This document shows positions 15,001 through 19,761 of a DNA stretch of 64,000 bases, piece after piece (the stretch's first letter is position 1; every line of letters starts with the position of its first letter). Origin of the DNA: an uncultured Candidatus Binatia bacterium (GTDB taxonomy: Bacteria > Desulfobacterota > Binatia > UBA9968 > JAJDTQ01). The position numbers and the translations under genes are program-made. The notes under the pieces were generated by a model. It ran no database searches, was not told the origin of the DNA, and saw only the letters and a program-made list of their open reading frames with translations. The DNA lies in contig OZ251459.1 of NCBI GenBank assembly GCA_965242525.1, forward strand, positions 224,001-288,000, given 5' to 3'.

Positions 15001-16939
15001 CCGGCCGTCCAGGGCGCCCCTGCCCACCGGAATCCTCTACGTGGCGCCGGGCAGGCCGGAGATGTGCCGCGGGAGGGGAGATGCCGGGAAGATGGACATG
15101 TCTGCGGTCGGCGGCGGCACCCTGTGCGGCACGCCGAGGGAGGCGGCGGTGGAGAGGGTATACACGCTGACGGCCAGGGACGAGGACGGGGACACTGCCA
15201 CGTTGAGGTTCACCATCCTGGTGGAGCCGGACCTGACGCCGAGTTTCGAGGAGACGGTGGCGGACCAGGAGTGGATCGAGGACGAGGGCATCGCGCCGGT
15301 GAGCCTGCCGCTGGCGAGGGGCGGCAACGGGACGTTGCGTTACACGCTGACGCCGGCGCTGCCGGGCGGAGTGGTCCGGGACCCGTCCACGCACACGGTA
15401 ACGGGAACGCCGACGGAGGGGTGGGAGCGGACGGAATACGCGTGGACGGCCACGGACGAGGACGGGGACAGTGCGGTGGTGCGGTTCTCGGTGACGGTGC
15501 TGACGGAGGCGGACGTGCAGCGGCGTCGTCTCCGTGGGGTGAACGAGGTGATCCTGCCGGAAGTGTCCCGAGCCATGTGGAGCAGCGCGGTGGACTCGGT
15601 GAGCGTGCGTCTGGGGCCGGACCGGAGGGTGGAGAGCGCCGACGTGGCGCGAACGGTGGCGTCGGTGTTGGAGAAGCTGCCCGGTCGGGAACGGGGGCTG
15701 GAAGAGGGCTTGGGTTGGGACGAGTTGCTGGGGCTGCGGCAGGACGGGTGGAAGCAACCGGAAGGGGAGGGGATCGACTGGAAGGAGGTGTTGGGCGGGA
15801 CGTCGTTCACGGTTCGTCTGGGGAAGGAGGAGGAGGAAGGTTGGGGCCTGGGGATGTGGGCGGGGAGCGATTACCGGAGCCTGTCGGGTGGCCGGGGAGT
15901 GGAGTGGGAGGGAGGTCTGTTCGGGGTGCATACGGGGGCGGACGCGGAGTTGGGGGCGGGTTTGGTGGGAGGGCTGGGGGCGTCGTGGTTCGACGCGGAC
16001 GTGGAGTACGCGGACCGGCGGGGAGGCGAAGAGGTCCGGGGAGAGCACCGGAGCCGGATGACCCTGTTCCATCCGTACCTCGGGTGGTCGTCTGCGGGCG
16101 GGTCGCAGTTGTGGGCAGTGTTGGGCTACGGAGAGGGCAAGGTGACGTTGCGGGACGGGGCTGCGGGCCGGGAGTCGAGCGACGCGGAGTTCCGGGGGGG
16201 CGGATTGGGTGGCAGCGTGCGAGTGTTCACGGGAGCGGAGGGGGCCGCCACGGTGGACCTCAAGGGGGAAGGGCAGATGACGGGGCTGCGGGTGGATGAC
16301 AACGGGGAGTTGCTGGAGGGGGTGTCGGTGGGTACGCATCGGTTGCGGATGGCGGTGGAGGGGAAGCGTCGGCTGGAGTGGGAGTCCGGTGGGTGGTTGG
16401 AGCCGTCCGTGGAGTTGGGGGTACGTTGGGACGGCGGGGACGGTGAGACCGGTGCGGGGCTGGAGTTGGGGAGTGGGATGCGGTACGCGCACGCGGGTCT
16501 GGGGCTGAGTGTAGAGGGGTCGGGTCGGGTGTTGCTGGCGCACGAGGGAGAGGTGCGGGAATGGGGAGTGGGCGGGACGGTCCGGCTGGACCCGGGTTCG
16601 GACGGGCGCGGGCTGTCGTTGCAGGTGAGTCCTGCCTGGGGCAAGACGGACAGCGGTATGGATCGGCTGTGGCGGGAGGGACTGACGGGCGAGAGGGAGA
16701 GCGGATCGGGATCTGGCGCACGGGTGGATGCGGAGTTGGGCTACGGCGTAGGGGTTTTGGATGGCGTGATGACGGTGTACGGGGGCGTGGGGGTGTCGAG
16801 TGGCGAGCGCGCCTACCGCATGGGCAGCCGCTTCGCCTTGGGTCCGTCCCTGAGCCTGAACCTGGAAGGGGAGCGCGCCGGGAGTTCCGGCGGCGCCCCG
16901 GAATACGGCGTCAAGCTGGGCCTGGACTTGACTTGGTAG
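2..16939 (+). CDS. Giant repetitive autotransporter adhesin (Calx-beta-like/Ig-like repeats, He_PIG-like domains, C-terminal beta-barrel); 5' end lies outside the window
   Basis: Single 5645-aa open frame running off the window start. It contains tandem ~115-120-aa Thr/Ala/Val/Asp-rich modules ending in T(I/L)xDD(E/D), Calx-beta-like domains (~3570-3920, ~7435-7780) and five 'LPxATGGDGxLTYxL' He_PIG-like domains. An amphipathic beta-strand C-terminal region ends in ...LGLDLTW (BAM-type terminal aromatic). Confidence 0.92.
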   Translation: MDEPNETVKVSLSLPVNANVPVSGGTGTGTIEDDDAAPTVTLAVADSAIAENGGTTTVTATLSHESSAATTITVEPEAGAYTVGADATITIAAGATSNATDTATVTAVNDAIDNVGNRAVTVTGTAANAQAAAESATVSVTGAALTLTDDEDTPEATLALSDATIDEHDGTNTGSSTVTATLNRASSEAVTLTVAAAAGTNAAATDFSLSSAKTLIIAAGETSSTGTVTVTAVDNTADAPDKEVTVSATVSGASGVADPTNVTLTIEDDEAVPTVALTVADASISENGGTTTVTATLSHASSTVTTITVEPGAGAYTVGADATITIAAGEAENATDSVTITAVNDAIDNVGDRAVTVTGTAANAQAAAESATVAVTGAALTLTDDETTPMATLALSDATIDEHDGTNPGSATVTATLDRVSSEAVTLTVAATAGTNAASGDFSLSSAKTLTIAAGETSSTGTVTVTAVDNTADAPDKEVTVSASVSGDSGVADPVSVTLTIEDDEAAPTVALAVADASISENGGTTRVTATLSHASSAATTITVQPEAGAYTVGAAATITIAAGEMANATDSVTITAVNDAIDNVGNRAVTVTGTAANAQAAAESATVSVTGAALTLTDDEETPEATLALSDATIDEHDGANPGSATVTATLNRASTEAVTLTVAATAGTNAADGDFSLSSAKTLTIAAGETSSTGTVTVTAVDNTADAPDKEVTVSATVSGDSGVADPASVTLTIEDDEAAPTVALAVADASISENGGTTTVTATLSHASSAATTVTVEPEAGAYTVGADATLTIAAGETSNAADSVTITAVDDAIDNVGNRAVTVTGTAANAQAAAESATVSVTGAALTLTDDEATPTATLALSDATIDEHDGANPGSATVTATLNHASSEALTLTVAATAGTNAAATDFGLSSTKTLTIAAGDTSSTGAVTVTAVDNTADAPDKQVTVSASVSGDSGVAAPSNVTLTIEDDEAAPTVALAVAHNPISENGGATTVTATLSHPSSAATTVTVSAAAGDHTVAADFEQTGTTLSIAAGDTTSTGTVTIAAVDDDEDAAHDKTVRVTGSAQNSQGVGTVTGASLTLTDDDVNKVPSFGTVIEDQEWPVATEIARLDLPEATGGDGALTYTMTPALPSWLTRNGFAVTGTTPALSVAGRDYTWTVRDSDGDVAELTFEIAVSATTVDPEGGMLSLAVSSPRVTEGAAGATASLSYAVTLSAASTEQVTVKYADAGTGTAASGTDYAALSAGTLTFAPGDTSKTVTVTVTGDGVDEPNETVKVSLSLPVNANVPVSGGTGTGTIEDDDAAPTVTLAVADSAIAEDGGTTTVTATLSHESSAATTITVEPEAGAYTVGADATITIAAGATSNATDTATITAVNDAIDNVGDRAVTVTGTAANAQAAAESATVAVTGASLTLTDDEDTPEATLALSPTAIDEHDGTNPGASTVTATLNRASSESVTLTVAAAAGRNAAATDFNLSSAKTLTIAAGEMASTGTVMVTAVDNTADAPDKEVTVSATVSGDSGVADPASATLTIEDDEAAPTVALAVADASISENGGTTTVTATLSHESSAATTVTVEPEAGAYTVGADATITIAAGETANAADSVTITAVNDAIDNVGNRAVTATGTAANAQAAAESATVAVTGAALTLTDDEAAPAVTLALSEPDALKPDTIDESGAGNASTVTATLDRASSEAVTLTVAAAAGTNAAATDYNLSSGKTLTIAAGETSSTGTVTVTAVDNTVDAPDKEVTVSATVSGNSGVSAPSAVTLTIEDDDAAPTVTLAVADSAISENGGTTTVTATLSHASSAATTVTVQPASGAYTVGSDATITIAAGETSNASDTATVTAVDDAIDNVVNRSTTVTGTAANAQAAAESATVAVTGAALTLTDDEAAPAVTLALSEPDALKPDTIDESGAGNASTVTATLDRASSEAVTLTVAAAAGTNAVASDFSLSSTKTLTIAAGETASTGTVTVTAVDNTVDAPDKEVTVSAVVSGDSGVAAPASVTLTIEDDEAAPTVALAVADASISENGGTTTVTATLSHASSVATTITVEPEAGAYTVGADATVTIAAGETSNASDTATITAVDDAVDNVVNRSATVTGTAQNGHDVGAVTGAALTLTDDETTPTATLALSDATIDEHDGTNPGSATVTATLNRASSEAVTLTVAATAGTNAASGDFSLSSAKTLTIAAGDTSSTGTVTVTAVDNTAHAPDKQVTVSASVSGDSGVADPSSVTLTIEDDEAAPKVTLVLSSSSISEDGGQATVTATLSHASSAATTVTVAASAGAHTAAADFSLSANRVLTIAAGTTTSTGTVTISAVDDDEDAANDKTVAVSATAANGHGVAGDPNAVTLTITDDDLDRKPTFGGAQVASRLWPTATVIPRLVLPRATGGDGTLTYTLSPALPSWLSRNGFLVTGTTPGDPTNQVEYTWTVEDEDGDEDSVKFLAAVIRPGDPPRLVNPPGIVVNTGDMPALSLSSPRVTEGASGSTSALRWTVTLSKASTAQVTVKYADAGTGTATSGTDYAALSGGTLTFAPGETSKTVTVTVTGDGVDEPDETVKVSLSEPVNARLPVSAATGTGTIEDDDAAPTVALAVADASISENGGTTTVTATLSHASSAATTITVTAVSDAYTVGADATITIAAGETETATDSVTITAVNDAVDNVGDRAVTVTGTAQNSQGIGTVTGASLTLTDDETTPTATLALSDATIDEHDGTNPGSATVTATLNRASTEAVTLTVAATAGTNAADGDFSLSSANTLTIAAGDTSSTGTVTVTAVDNTADAPDKEVTVSATVSGDSGVADPSSVKLTIRDDEAAPTVTLAVADNAVSENGGTTTVTATLSHASSAATTVTVQPEAGAYTVGADATITIAAGETSNASDTATVTAVNDAIDNVVNRSTTVTGTAVNAQAAAESATVTVIGAALTLTDDEATPAVTLALSEPDALKPDTIDESGAGNASTVTATLDRASSEAVTLTVAATAGTNAAATDFSLSSAKTLTIAAGDTSSTGTVTVTAVDNTVDAPDKQVTVSATVSGDSGVAAPASVTLTIRDDDAAPTVMLAVADASISENGGTTTVTATLSHASSAATTITVQPEAGAYTVGADATITIAAGETANAADTATITAVDDTIDNVANRTATVTGTAQNSQDVGTVTGASLTLTDDEGAPTATLVLNPAAIDEHDGTNPGSATVTATLDRASSEAVTLTVAATAGTNAASGDFSLSSAETLTIAAGEMASTGTVTVTAVDNTVDAPDKEVTVSATVGGDSGVAAPASVKLTIRDDEAAPTVTLAVADNAISENGGTTTVTATLSHASSAATTITVQPEAGAYTVGADATITIAAGETSNAADTATVTAVNDAIDNVVNRSTTVTGMAANAQAAAESATVAVTGAALTLTDDEGTPVVTLALSEPDALKPDTIDESGAGNASTVTATLNRASSTAVTLTVGATAGTNAASGDFSLSSAKTLTIAAGETASTGTVTVTAVDNTVDAPDKEVTVSAVVSGNSGVAAPASVTLTIEDDEAAPTVTLAVADSAISENGGTTTVTATLSHASSAATTITVTAVSGAYMVGSDATITIAAGETSNASDTATVTAVDDAIDNVVNRTTTVTGTAANAQAAAESATVAVTGAALTLTDDEGTPVVTLALSEPDALKLDTIDESGAGNASTVTATLNRASSTAVTLTVGATAGTNAASGDFSLSSAKTLTIAAGETASTGTVTVTAVDNTVDAPDKEVTVSAVVSGNSGVAAPASVTLTIEDDEAAPTVTLAVADSAISENGGTTTVTATLSHASSAATTITVTAVSGAYMVGSDATITIAAGETSNASDTATVTAVDDAIDNVVNRTTTVTGTAANAQAAAESQTVAVTGAALTLTDDEAAPTVTLALSEPDALKPDTIDESGAGNASTVTATLDRASSAAVTLTVAAAAGTNAASGDFSLSSAKTLTIAAGDTSSTGTVTVTAVDNTVDAPDKEVTVSATVSGDSGVADPASVTLTIEDDEAAPTVTLAVADNAISENGGTTTVTATLSHASSAATTVTVQPEAGVYTVGADATITIAAGETSNTADSLTITAVDDAIDNVPNRAATVDGSAQNSQGVGTVTGANLTLTDDEGAPTATLALSDATIDEHDGTNPGSATVTATLNRASTQAVTLTVAAAAGRNAASGDFSLSSTKTLTIAAGDTSSTGTVTVMAVDNTADAPDKEVTVSAMVSGDSGVADPASVKLTIRDDEAAPTVTLAVADNAISENGGSTTVTATLSHASSAATTITVQPASGAYTVGSDATITIAAGETSNASDTATVTAVNDAIDNVVNRTTTVTGTAVNAQAAAESATVAVTGAALTLTDDEATPAVTLALSEPDALKPDTIDESGAGNASTVTATLDRASTEAVTLTVAATAGTNAASGDFRLSSAKTLTIAAGETSSTGTVTVTAVDNTVDAPDKEVTVSAVVSGNSGVAAPSAVTLTIEDDEAAPAVTLAVADNAISENGGTTTVTATLSHASSAATTVTVQPEAGAYTVGSDATITIAAGETANAADSVTITAVDDAIDNVVNRTATVSGTAQNNHDVGTVTGASLTLTDDEGAPTATLVLNPAAIDEHDGTNPGSATVTATLNRASTQAVTLTVAAAAGTNAAATDFELSSARTLTIAAGDTGSTGTVTVTAVDNTADAPNKEVTVSATVSGDSGVADPVAVTLTIEDDEAAPGVILSVADSAISEDGGTATVTATLSHASSAATTVTVQPVSGAYRVGSDATITIAAGETANAADSVTITAVDDGVENAEDRSVSVTGTAENSQGVGGVAGAALTITEGSGQGTRQNAGAEDGAPAFASDRFDAQRYVRDSTIAPVPLPAATGGDGTLTYTLSGPGDSSGLTLPAGIAYAAPSAGDGTGGTLSGTPAEVAAEATYTLTATDEDGDEASLSFSMEVVSAVRAAPNRVPSFDPNMFASQRYIEDRAIEPVVRLPAATGGDGRLSYELRGPLVAPGDDMTRLARPSRAPLPTGILYVAPGRPEMCRGRGDAGKMDMSAVGGGTLCGTPREAAVERVYTLTARDEDGDTATLRFTILVEPDLTPSFEETVADQEWIEDEGIAPVSLPLARGGNGTLRYTLTPALPGGVVRDPSTHTVTGTPTEGWERTEYAWTATDEDGDSAVVRFSVTVLTEADVQRRRLRGVNEVILPEVSRAMWSSAVDSVSVRLGPDRRVESADVARTVASVLEKLPGRERGLEEGLGWDELLGLRQDGWKQPEGEGIDWKEVLGGTSFTVRLGKEEEEGWGLGMWAGSDYRSLSGGRGVEWEGGLFGVHTGADAELGAGLVGGLGASWFDADVEYADRRGGEEVRGEHRSRMTLFHPYLGWSSAGGSQLWAVLGYGEGKVTLRDGAAGRESSDAEFRGGGLGGSVRVFTGAEGAATVDLKGEGQMTGLRVDDNGELLEGVSVGTHRLRMAVEGKRRLEWESGGWLEPSVELGVRWDGGDGETGAGLELGSGMRYAHAGLGLSVEGSGRVLLAHEGEVREWGVGGTVRLDPGSDGRGLSLQVSPAWGKTDSGMDRLWREGLTGERESGSGSGARVDAELGYGVGVLDGVMTVYGGVGVSSGERAYRMGSRFALGPSLSLNLEGERAGSSGGAPEYGVKLGLDLTW
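10155..11610 (+). repeat. Near-perfect 717-bp tandem duplication of one A+B module pair inside the adhesin
   Basis: Sequence from ~10155 recurs almost base for base 717 bp downstream (visible difference aagccggac vs aagctggac). Antisense ORFs 10015..10710 and 10732..11427 are nearly identical. Confidence 0.85.
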
Positions 16940-16975
16940 ATCTGGGCCGAAACCGGGGAGTCTACGGGACCCATC

Positions 16976-17150
16976 CCGTCATCCCGGTGAAAGCCCTGCC
17001 CCGTCATTCCCGCGAAAGCATGTCCTCGCGGAAGCGGGGACGGGAATCCAGACCTTGCGAGCAAACCCCATGTGGATTCCCGCTTTCGCGGGAATGACGG
17101 AGGGTGGGCGTTTGCGGGAATGACGGAGTGAGCGTCCGCGGAGATGTCGC
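16976..17150. repeat. Cluster of dRS3/REP-like palindromic units (GTCATTCCCGCGAAAGCGGGAATCCA type) forming a large inverted repeat after the adhesin stop
   Basis: ccgtcattcccgcgaaagc (17001-17019)...cgggaatcca faces tggattcccgctttcgcgggaatgacgg (17073-17100). The core matches ATTCCC-N8-GGGAAT. Degenerate units lie at 16976 and 17111. Confidence 0.8.
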
Positions 17151-17200
17151 TTCCCTTTCCCTCCTACCTTGCCCATACGAATTCCTGAAGAGTCCCCAAG

Positions 17201-17289
17201 GGAAGGCCTGATCAATTCCGGCTTGGACTCCCTGTCCCTGCGGGAAAGCGCGTCCTTCGACTTCGCTACGCTACGCTCAGGACGAACGG
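17201..17289 (+). mobile_element. Truncated copy of the ~110-bp MITE-like element
   Basis: Colinear with 52261-52349 (ggaaggcctgatcaattccggc...gtccttcgacttcgctacgctacgctcaggacgaacgg). The right end is missing. Confidence 0.7.
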
Positions 17290-17354
17290 AGGAAAGTGCT
17301 ATCCGTGCGGAACTCGGTTATGATGACGGGCGGGCTTGTGGTAAGGAGGCCGAC

Positions 17355-18782
17355 ATGTCCGTTCGGACCGGCAGGGAGTACGTCGATGCGCTGCGCGATG
17401 GCCGCGAGGTGTGGCATGCGGGGAAACGCATCGAGGACGTGACCGCGCATCCCGGCTTCACCGGCACCATCGGGACTCTGGCGGACCTGTACGACCGGCA
17501 GGTCTCCGCGGAAGACCGCGACGCCATGACGGTGGCCCGGGAGGGCGGGCGCATCTCGTACAGCTACCTGCCTCCGGTGGACGCCGAAGAGCTCCGGGCC
17601 AAGCGCGGCAACATCGAGATCTGGTCCCGCGAGACCTTCGGCCAGATGGGCCGGTACCCGGAGTTCTGCGCGGAGCTGGTGGTGGGCCTGTTGGACTTCG
17701 CCGACACCCTCGCCGCCCACGACCCGCGCTGGGGCCGCAACGCCCGCGCCTACTACGGCCACTGCATCGCGGGCGACCTGTGCCTGACCCACGCCCTCAC
17801 CGACCAGTTCTACGACCACTCCAGGCGCGTGAGCGAGCAGCGGGACCCGGACCTGGTACTCCACATCGTGGGAGAGACCTCCGAGGGGCCGGTGGTCCGG
17901 GGCCTGCGCAACCTCGCCACCTTGGCGCCCCTGTCCGACGAGGCGCTGGTGTATCCCATCCGTCCCAGGGATGCGGACGAGCCGGACTACGCCATCGCCT
18001 TCGCGATCCCCATGAACGCGCCGGGGCTCAAGATCATCTGCCGGGACCTCTACGCCGAGCACGCCGACCCGGAGCGCTTTCCGTTCACCAGACGGTTCGA
18101 CGAGGTGGACGCCACCCTGGTCTTCGACGACGTGGTGGTGCCGTGGGATCGGGTCTTCGCCTACCGCGCGCCGGAGCTGGTGGCGGGGTTCCACCGGAAC
18201 ATCCAGACCTGGGCCCAGTACGCCACCATGGTGCGGCTCATCACCAAGCTGGAGACTTTCCTGGGCGTCGCGCAACTGCTCACGGAGTGGTCCGGCCGGC
18301 ACGAGACGCCCAACTCGCAGATACGGCTGGCCGCCTTCATCCAGGACCTGGAGATCCTGCGCGACTGCGTGGAGATGGCCGAGAACCGGGCGCGCCGCAC
18401 GGCCGGGGGCCATTGGGCGCCGCTCCTGAGCCCGTCGTACCGGGTGTACAGCATCGAGGCGTCGGACCGGGCGGAGCGCAACATGGAGAGCCTGCTGACC
18501 AGCTCCCTGGTGCTCACCGGCGGCGGCTCGGACCTGGACAGCGGCGAGTTGGGGCCGCTGGTGGAGCGCTATTTCCGCGGCTGCGCCCCCAGCACCCGGG
18601 AGCATCTGCGGCTGCTGGCGGTGGCCGCGGACCTGGTCATGACGCCCTTCGGCAAACGGGGGCAGCTCTACGAGCGCTTGCAGAGCGGCGAGACCGACAA
18701 CATGAGGCGGCGGCTCCACGCGCAGTTCGAGGAGCGCGACGGCGCCGAGCGGCTGCTGGCGTTCATCAACCGGGAGTGGTGA
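17355..18782 (+). CDS. 4-hydroxyphenylacetate 3-hydroxylase (HpaB)-family FADH2-dependent monooxygenase
   Basis: Typical N-terminus (RTGREYVDALRDGREVW..G..IEDVTAHP), 'YAIAFAIPMNAPGLKIICR' and 'RFDEVDATLVFDDVVVPWDRVF'. ATG at 17355 is preceded by AAGGAGG. Confidence 0.88.
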   Translation: MSVRTGREYVDALRDGREVWHAGKRIEDVTAHPGFTGTIGTLADLYDRQVSAEDRDAMTVAREGGRISYSYLPPVDAEELRAKRGNIEIWSRETFGQMGRYPEFCAELVVGLLDFADTLAAHDPRWGRNARAYYGHCIAGDLCLTHALTDQFYDHSRRVSEQRDPDLVLHIVGETSEGPVVRGLRNLATLAPLSDEALVYPIRPRDADEPDYAIAFAIPMNAPGLKIICRDLYAEHADPERFPFTRRFDEVDATLVFDDVVVPWDRVFAYRAPELVAGFHRNIQTWAQYATMVRLITKLETFLGVAQLLTEWSGRHETPNSQIRLAAFIQDLEILRDCVEMAENRARRTAGGHWAPLLSPSYRVYSIEASDRAERNMESLLTSSLVLTGGGSDLDSGELGPLVERYFRGCAPSTREHLRLLAVAADLVMTPFGKRGQLYERLQSGETDNMRRRLHAQFEERDGAERLLAFINREW

Positions 18783-19705
18783 CGTTGGCCGCGGCCCCGG
18801 TCTTGCGGCGCGCCCGGTCGGTGGCCGAGTTGCGCTCCTACGGCGGAGGCGTCGGCAGCCTGGCCAGCCGGGCCGCGGGCCTCGCGTTTCGCCCCGGACC
18901 CACCGACGTCCTCATCGCGACCTTTCCCAAATGCGGCACCACTTGGCTGCAGCAGATCGTGCACGGGCTCAGGACCCGGGGGTCCATGGACTTCGACGAG
19001 ATCACCCTGGTGGTGCCGTGGCTCGAGCTTGCGAGGGACCTGGGCCTCGACCCCGACGCCCCGCAGGCGGCCGAGCCCCGGGCGTTCAAGAGCCACCTGA
19101 GCTGGGAGGAGATCCCCAAGGGAGGCCGCTACCTCTCCATGGTGCGGGACCCCGGGGACGTGCTCGTGTCCCTGTACCATTTCCACGAGGGCTGGCGGTT
19201 CGAGCCCGGGGCCATCACCCTGGGGGACTACGCCCGGCAGTTCTTCTTGGCCCCGGAACGGGGCCGGAGGTACTGGAGGCACACGGCGTCCTGGTGGCGG
19301 CAGCGGGGCCGCGGGGACGTGCTGCTGTTGAGCTACGAGGCCGTGTGCGCGGACCTTCCGGGCGCGGTGCGAAGGATCGCGCGCTTCATCGGCTGTCCGC
19401 CGGACCGCGGCCTGCTGGACTTGGTGGTGCGGCAGTCCTCCATCGGCTTCATGAAGGCCCACGGCTCCCGCTTCGACGACCACGTGGTGCGTTCGGTCTG
19501 CAACGCCGCCAACGGCCTCCCGCCCGGAGGCTCGTCCTCCAAGGTGAGGAACGGGAGGGTCGGCGACCACGTGGGCGCGCTGCCCCCGGACGTCCGCCGG
19601 GCCCTGGACCGGATCTGGCGCGAAGAGATGGAAGGTCGTTTCGGCCTCGCCTCCTACCGGGACATGCTCGCCGCCCTCGGCCCCGCGGGGGACTCCCTGG
19701 CGTGA
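18779..19705 (+). CDS. PAPS-dependent sulfotransferase (Sulfotransfer_1, cytosolic SULT-like)
   Basis: 5'-PSB loop 'IATFPKCGTTW', 'KSH', 3'-PB 'VRDPGDVLVSLYHF' and C-terminal 'RNGRVGD'. The GTG start overlaps the upstream TGA (GTGA). Confidence 0.9.
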   Translation: MTLAAAPVLRRARSVAELRSYGGGVGSLASRAAGLAFRPGPTDVLIATFPKCGTTWLQQIVHGLRTRGSMDFDEITLVVPWLELARDLGLDPDAPQAAEPRAFKSHLSWEEIPKGGRYLSMVRDPGDVLVSLYHFHEGWRFEPGAITLGDYARQFFLAPERGRRYWRHTASWWRQRGRGDVLLLSYEAVCADLPGAVRRIARFIGCPPDRGLLDLVVRQSSIGFMKAHGSRFDDHVVRSVCNAANGLPPGGSSSKVRNGRVGDHVGALPPDVRRALDRIWREEMEGRFGLASYRDMLAALGPAGDSLA

Positions 19706-19761
19706 GGGCCGCGGGCGCGGTTCGCGGGAACGGCCATGGGCCGCCTTCCGTGTGGGCCGCC

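Noticed and set aside
241-16721. Many long antisense and alternate-frame ORFs over the adhesin (e.g. 7145..12415, 12848..16543)
   Set aside because: Shadow ORFs produced by the repetitive GC-rich codon pattern. They are Arg/His-rich or mirror translations with no domain motifs.
2-16939. Diversity-generating retroelement target in the adhesin
   Set aside because: No reverse transcriptase and no TR/VR pair differing at adenines. Repeat differences are mostly synonymous.
16976-17290. Possible CRISPR array
   Set aside because: The units are inverted and degenerate, there are no regular unique spacers, and no cas genes are present.
17169-17354. N-terminal extension of the HpaB-like ORF, and the 17411..19705 ORF as one protein
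   Set aside because: The extension runs through the MITE-like repeat and a strong RBS marks ATG 17355. The sulfotransferase begins at 18779.
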